Shown here piece by piece: positions 59,075 to 64,000 of a stretch of 64,000 nucleotides of DNA. Each line of letters begins with the position of its first letter. The first letter of the stretch is position 1. A program made the translations under genes and the position numbers. Below the pieces are notes generated by a model. It saw only the letters and a program-made list of their open reading frames with translations, was not told the DNA's origin and searched no databases. The stretch is from Macrostomum lignano (Eukaryota), in contig NIVC01000027.1 in the NCBI GenBank assembly GCA_002269645.1, positions 496,001 to 560,000 of the forward strand, given 5' to 3'.

Positions 59075-62000
59075 GATCTTCCTGACATGATTACCTGCAG
59101 TTTCCCGTGATCTTTAATTCCTGACATGATTAACCTGCAGTTTCCCGTGATCTTTAATTCCTGACATGATTAACCTGCAGTTTCTCGTGATCTTTAATTC
59201 CTGACATGATTAACCTGCAGTTTCTCGTGATCTTTAATTCCTGACATGATTAACCTGCAGTTTCCCGTGATCTTTAATTCCTGACATGATTAACCTGCAG
59301 TTTCTCGTGATCTTTAATTCCTGACATGATTAACCTGCAGTTTCCCGTGATCTTTAATTCCTGACATGATTAACCTGCAGTTTCTCGTGATCTTTAATTC
59401 CTGACATGATTAACCTGCAGTTTCTCGTAATCTTCCTGACATGATTACCTGCATTTTCATGTAATCTTGCTGACATGATTACCTGCAGTTTCCCGTGTGA
59501 TCCTTTTGACATGATTACCTGCAGTTTTCCGTGTGATCTTCCTGACATGATTACCTGCAGTTTCCCGTGATCTTCCTGACATGATTTCCTGCAGTTTCCC
59601 GTGTGATCTTCCTGACATGATTACCTGCAGTTTCCCGTGATCTTCCTGACATGATTACCTGCAGTTTCCCGTGATCTTCCTGACATGATTACCTGCAGTT
59701 TCCCGTGTGATCTTCCTGACATGATTACCTGCAGTTTCCCGTGTGATCCTTCTGACATGATTACCTGCAGTTTTCCGTGTGATCTTCCTGACATGATTAC
59801 CTGCAGTTTCCCGTGATCTTCCTGACATGATTTCCTGCAGTTTCCCGTGTGATCTTCCTGACATGATTACCTGCAGTTTCCCGTGATCTTCCTGACATGA
59901 TTACCTGCAGTTTCCCGTGATCTTCCTGACATGATTTCCTGCAGTTTCCCGTGATCTTCCTGACATGATTACCTGCAGTTTCCCGTGTGATCTTCCTGAC
60001 ATGATTACCTGCAGTTTCCCGTGTGATCCTTCTGACATGATTACCTGCAGTTTCCCGTGTGATCCTTCTGACATGATTACCTGCAGTTTCCCGTGTGATC
60101 CTTCTGACATGATTAACCTGCAGTTTTTCTGTGATCACCCTGACATGATTACCTGCAGTTTCCCGTGTGATCCTTTTGACATGATTACCTGCAGTTTCCC
60201 GTGTGATCTTCCTGACATGATTAACCTGCAGTTTTCCGTGTGATCTTCCTGACATGATTAACCTGCAGTTTCCCGTGATCTTCCTGACATGATTAACCTG
60301 CAGTTTCCCGTGTGATCTTCCTGACATGATTAACCTGCAGTTTCCCGTGATCTTCCTGACATGATTACCTGCAGTTTTCCGTGTGATCTTCCTGACATGA
60401 TTACCTGCAGTTTCCCGTGTGATCTTCCTGACATGATTACCTGCAGTTTCCCGTGTGATCTTCCTGACATGATTACCTGCAGTTTCCCGTGTGATCTTCC
60501 TGACATGATTACCTGCAGTTTCCCGTGTGATCTTCCTGACATGATTACCTGCAGTTTCCCGTGTGATCTTCCTGACATGATTACCTGCAGTTTCCCGTGT
60601 GATCTTCCTGACATGATTACCTGCAGTTTCCCGTGTGATCTTCCTGACATGATTACCTGCAGTTTCCCGTGTGATCTTCCTGACATGATTACCTGCAGTT
60701 TCCCGTGTGATCTTCCTGACATGATTACCTGCAGTTTCCCGTGTGATCTTCCTGACATGATTACCTGCAGTTTCCCGTGTGATCTTCCTGACATGATTAC
60801 CTGCAGTTTCCCGTGATCTTACTGACATGATTACCTGCAGTTTCCCGTGATCTTCTTGACATGATCACCTGCAGTTTCCCGTGTGATCTTCCTGACATGA
60901 TTACCTGCAGTTTCCCGTGTGATCTTCCTGACATGATTACCTGCAGTTTCCCGTGATCTTCCTGACATGATTACCTGCAGTTTCCCGTGATCTTCCTGAC
61001 ATGATTACCTGCAGTTTCCCGTGATCTTCCTGACATGATTACCTGCAGTTTCCCGTGATCTTTAATTCCTGACATGATTAACCTGCAGTTTCCCGTGATC
61101 TTTAATTCCTGACATGATTAACCTGCAGTTTCTCGTGATCTTTAATTCCTGACATGATTAACCTGCAGTTTCTCGTGATCTTTAATTCCTGACATGATTA
61201 ACCTGCAGTTTCCCGTGATCTTTAATTCCTGACATGATTAACCTGCAGTTTCTCGTGATCTTTAATTCCTGACATGATTAACCTGCAGTTTCCCGTGATC
61301 TTTAATTCCTGACATGATTAACCTGCAGTTTCTCGTGATCTTTAATTCCTGACATGATTAACCTGCAGTTTCTCGTAATCTTCCTGACATGATTACCTGC
61401 ATTTTCATGTAATCTTGCTGACATGATTACCTGCAGTTTCCCGTGTGATCCTTTTGACATGATTACCTGCAGTTTTCCGTGTGATCTTCCTGACATGATT
61501 ACCTGCAGTTTCCCGTGATCTTCCTGACATGATTTCCTGCAGTTTCCCGTGTGATCTTCCTGACATGATTACCTGCAGTTTCCCGTGATCTTCCTGACAT
61601 GATTACCTGCAGTTTCCCGTGATCTTCCTGACATGATTTCCTGCAGTTTCCCGTGATCTTCCTGACATGATTACCTGCAGTTTCCCGTGATCTTCCTGAC
61701 ATGATTTCCTGCAGTTTCCCGTGTGATCTTCCTGACATGATTACCTGCAGTTTCCCGTGATCTTCCTGACATGATTACCTGCAGTTTCCCGTGATCTTCC
61801 TGACATGATTTCCTGCAGTTTCCCGTGATCTTCCTGACATGATTTCCTGCAGTTTCCCGTGTGATCTTCCTGACATGATTTCCTGCAGTTTCCCGTGTGA
61901 TCCTTCTGACATGATTACCTGCAGTTTCCCGTGTGATCCTTCTGACATGATTACCTGCAGTTTCCCGTGTGATCCTTCTGACATGATTAACCTGCAGTTT

Positions 62001-64000
62001 TTCTGTGATCACCCTGACATGATTACCTGCAGTTTCCCGTGTGATCCTTTTGACATGATTACCTGCAGTTTCCCGTGTGATCTTCCTGACATGATTAACC
62101 TGCAGTTTCCCGTGTGATCTTCCTGACATGATTAACCTGCAGTTTCCCGTGATCTTCCTGACATGATTAACCTGCAGTTTCCCGTGATCTTCCTGACATG
62201 ATTACCTGCAGTTTCCCGTGATCTTCCTGACATGATTACCTGCAGTTTCCCGTGTGATCTTCCTGACATGATTACCTGCAGTTTCCCGTGATCTTCCTGA
62301 CATGATTACCTGCAGTTTCCCGTGTGATCTTCCTGACATGATTACCTGCAGTTTCCCGTGTGATCTTCCTGACATGATTACCTGCAGTTTTCCGTGTGAT
62401 CTTCCTGACATGATTAACCTGCAGTTTCCCGTGTGATCCTTTTGACATGATTACCTGCAGTTTCCCGTGTGATCTTCCTGACATGATTAACCTGCAGTTT
62501 TCCGTGTGATCTTCCTGACATGATTACCTGCAGTTTTCCGTGTGATCTTCCTGACATGATTACCTGCAGTTTCCCGTGTGATCTTCCTGACATGATTACC
62601 TGCAGTTTCCCGTGATCTTCCTGACATGATTACCTGCAGTTTCCCGTGTGATCTTCCTGACATGATTACCTGCAGTTTCCCGTGATCTTCCTGACATGAT
62701 TACCTGCAGTTTCCCGTGATCTTCCTGACATGATTACCTGCAGTTTCCCGTGATCTTTAATTCCTGACATGATTAACCTGCAGTTTCCCGTGATCTTTAA
62801 TTCCTGACATGATTAACCTGCAGTTTCTCGTGATCTTTAATTCCTGACATGATTAACCTGCAGTTTCTCGTGATCTTTAATTCCTGACATGATTAACCTG
62901 CAGTTTCCCGTGATCTTTAATTCCTGACATGATTAACCTGCAGTTTCTCGTGATCTTTAATTCCTGACATGATTAACCTGCAGTTTCCCGTGATCTTTAA
63001 TTCCTGACATGATTAACCTGCAGTTTCTCGTGATCTTTAATTCCTGACATGATTAACCTGCAGTTTCTCGTAATCTTCCTGACATGATTACCTGCATTTT
63101 CATGTAATCTTGCTGACATGATTACCTGCAGTTTCCCGTGTGATCCTTTTGACATGATTACCTGCAGTTTTCCGTGTGATCTTCCTGACATGATTACCTG
63201 CAGTTTCCCGTGATCTTCCTGACATGATTTCCTGCAGTTTCCCGTGTGATCTTCCTGACATGATTACCTGCAGTTTCCCGTGATCTTCCTGACATGATTA
63301 CCTGCAGTTTCCCGTGATCTTCCTGACATGATTTCCTGCAGTTTCCCGTGTGATCTTCCTGACATGATTACCTGCAGTTTCCCGTGTGATCCTTCTGACA
63401 TGATTACCTGCAGTTTTCCGTGTGATCTTCCTGACATGATTACCTGCAGTTTCCCGTGTGATCTTCCTGACATGATTTCCTGCAGTTTCCCGTGTGATCT
63501 TCCTGACATGATTACCTGCAGTTTCCCGTGATCTTCCTGACATGATTACCTGCAGTTTCCCGTGATCTTCCTGACATGATTTCCTGCAGTTTCCCGTGAT
63601 CTTCCTGACATGATTTCCTGCAGTTTCCCGTGTGATCTTCCTGACATGATTTCCTGCAGTTTCCCGTGTGATCCTTCTGACATGATTACCTGCAGTTTCC
63701 CGTGTGATCCTTCTGACATGATTACCTGCAGTTTCCCGTGTGATCCTTCTGACATGATTAACCTGCAGTTTTCTGTGATCACCCTGACATGATTACCTGC
63801 AGTTTCCCGTGTGATCCTTTTGACATGATTACCTGCAGTTTCCCGTGTGATCTTCCTGACATGATTAACCTGCAGTTTCCCGTGTGATCTTCCTGACATG
63901 ATTAACCTGCAGTTTCCCGTGATCTTCCTGACATGATTAACCTGCAGTTTCCCGTGATCTTCCTGACATGATTACCTGCAGTTTCCCGTGATCTTCCTGA
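59075..64000. repeat. 34-40-bp satellite (gatcttcctgacatgattacctgcagtttcccgt core) with 1.7-1.95-kb higher-order repeats, running off the window
   Basis: 34/36/40-bp variants; rare marker gcattttcat at 59451, 61399 and 63094; marker gatcaccctgac at about 60133, 62007 and 63777. Confidence 0.97.

Noticed and set aside
59354-63899. ORFs MSGRSHGKLQVI / MITCSFPCDLPD
   Set aside because: Products of the 36-bp satellite variant being a multiple of three.

Overview
Eukaryotic (metazoan) genomic DNA: GT-AG introns, AT-rich intergenic DNA and about 20 separate tandem or low-complexity arrays. The style is consistent with a repeat-rich invertebrate such as a macrostomid flatworm, but the species cannot be proven from the sequence. 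No prokaryotic features and no CRISPR array. Host genes, all on the minus strand: a three-finger C2H2 gene (15783-16625); a complete 3-exon UBE2V/MMS2 gene (142 aa, 23347-35899) with an 11.4-kb first intron; a 2-exon ACP7-like purple acid phosphatase (451 aa); a 4-exon gene with a C14orf93-like C-terminal region (43821-52737); and one orphan ORF. Mobile DNA: a spliced DD35D pogo-type transposase fused to an apparently catalytic OTU protease domain and a Tudor-like C-terminal domain, interrupted by a 5.9-kb array of a 184-bp unit that looks like a tandemly amplified intron; an internally deleted Tc1/IS630-type element; a dead DD34D mariner whose three stops fall at positions that are Arg in mariner consensus; nested in it, a 4.7-kb element (CCCGG TIRs, 3-bp TSD) encoding a BEND5/6-like BEN protein and no transposase; an inverted pair of tRNA-derived SINEs; a hAT MITE; and a short (AAC)n-tailed insertion. 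Gene models were checked by hand for splice phase. Domain names come from motif recognition, not database searches.
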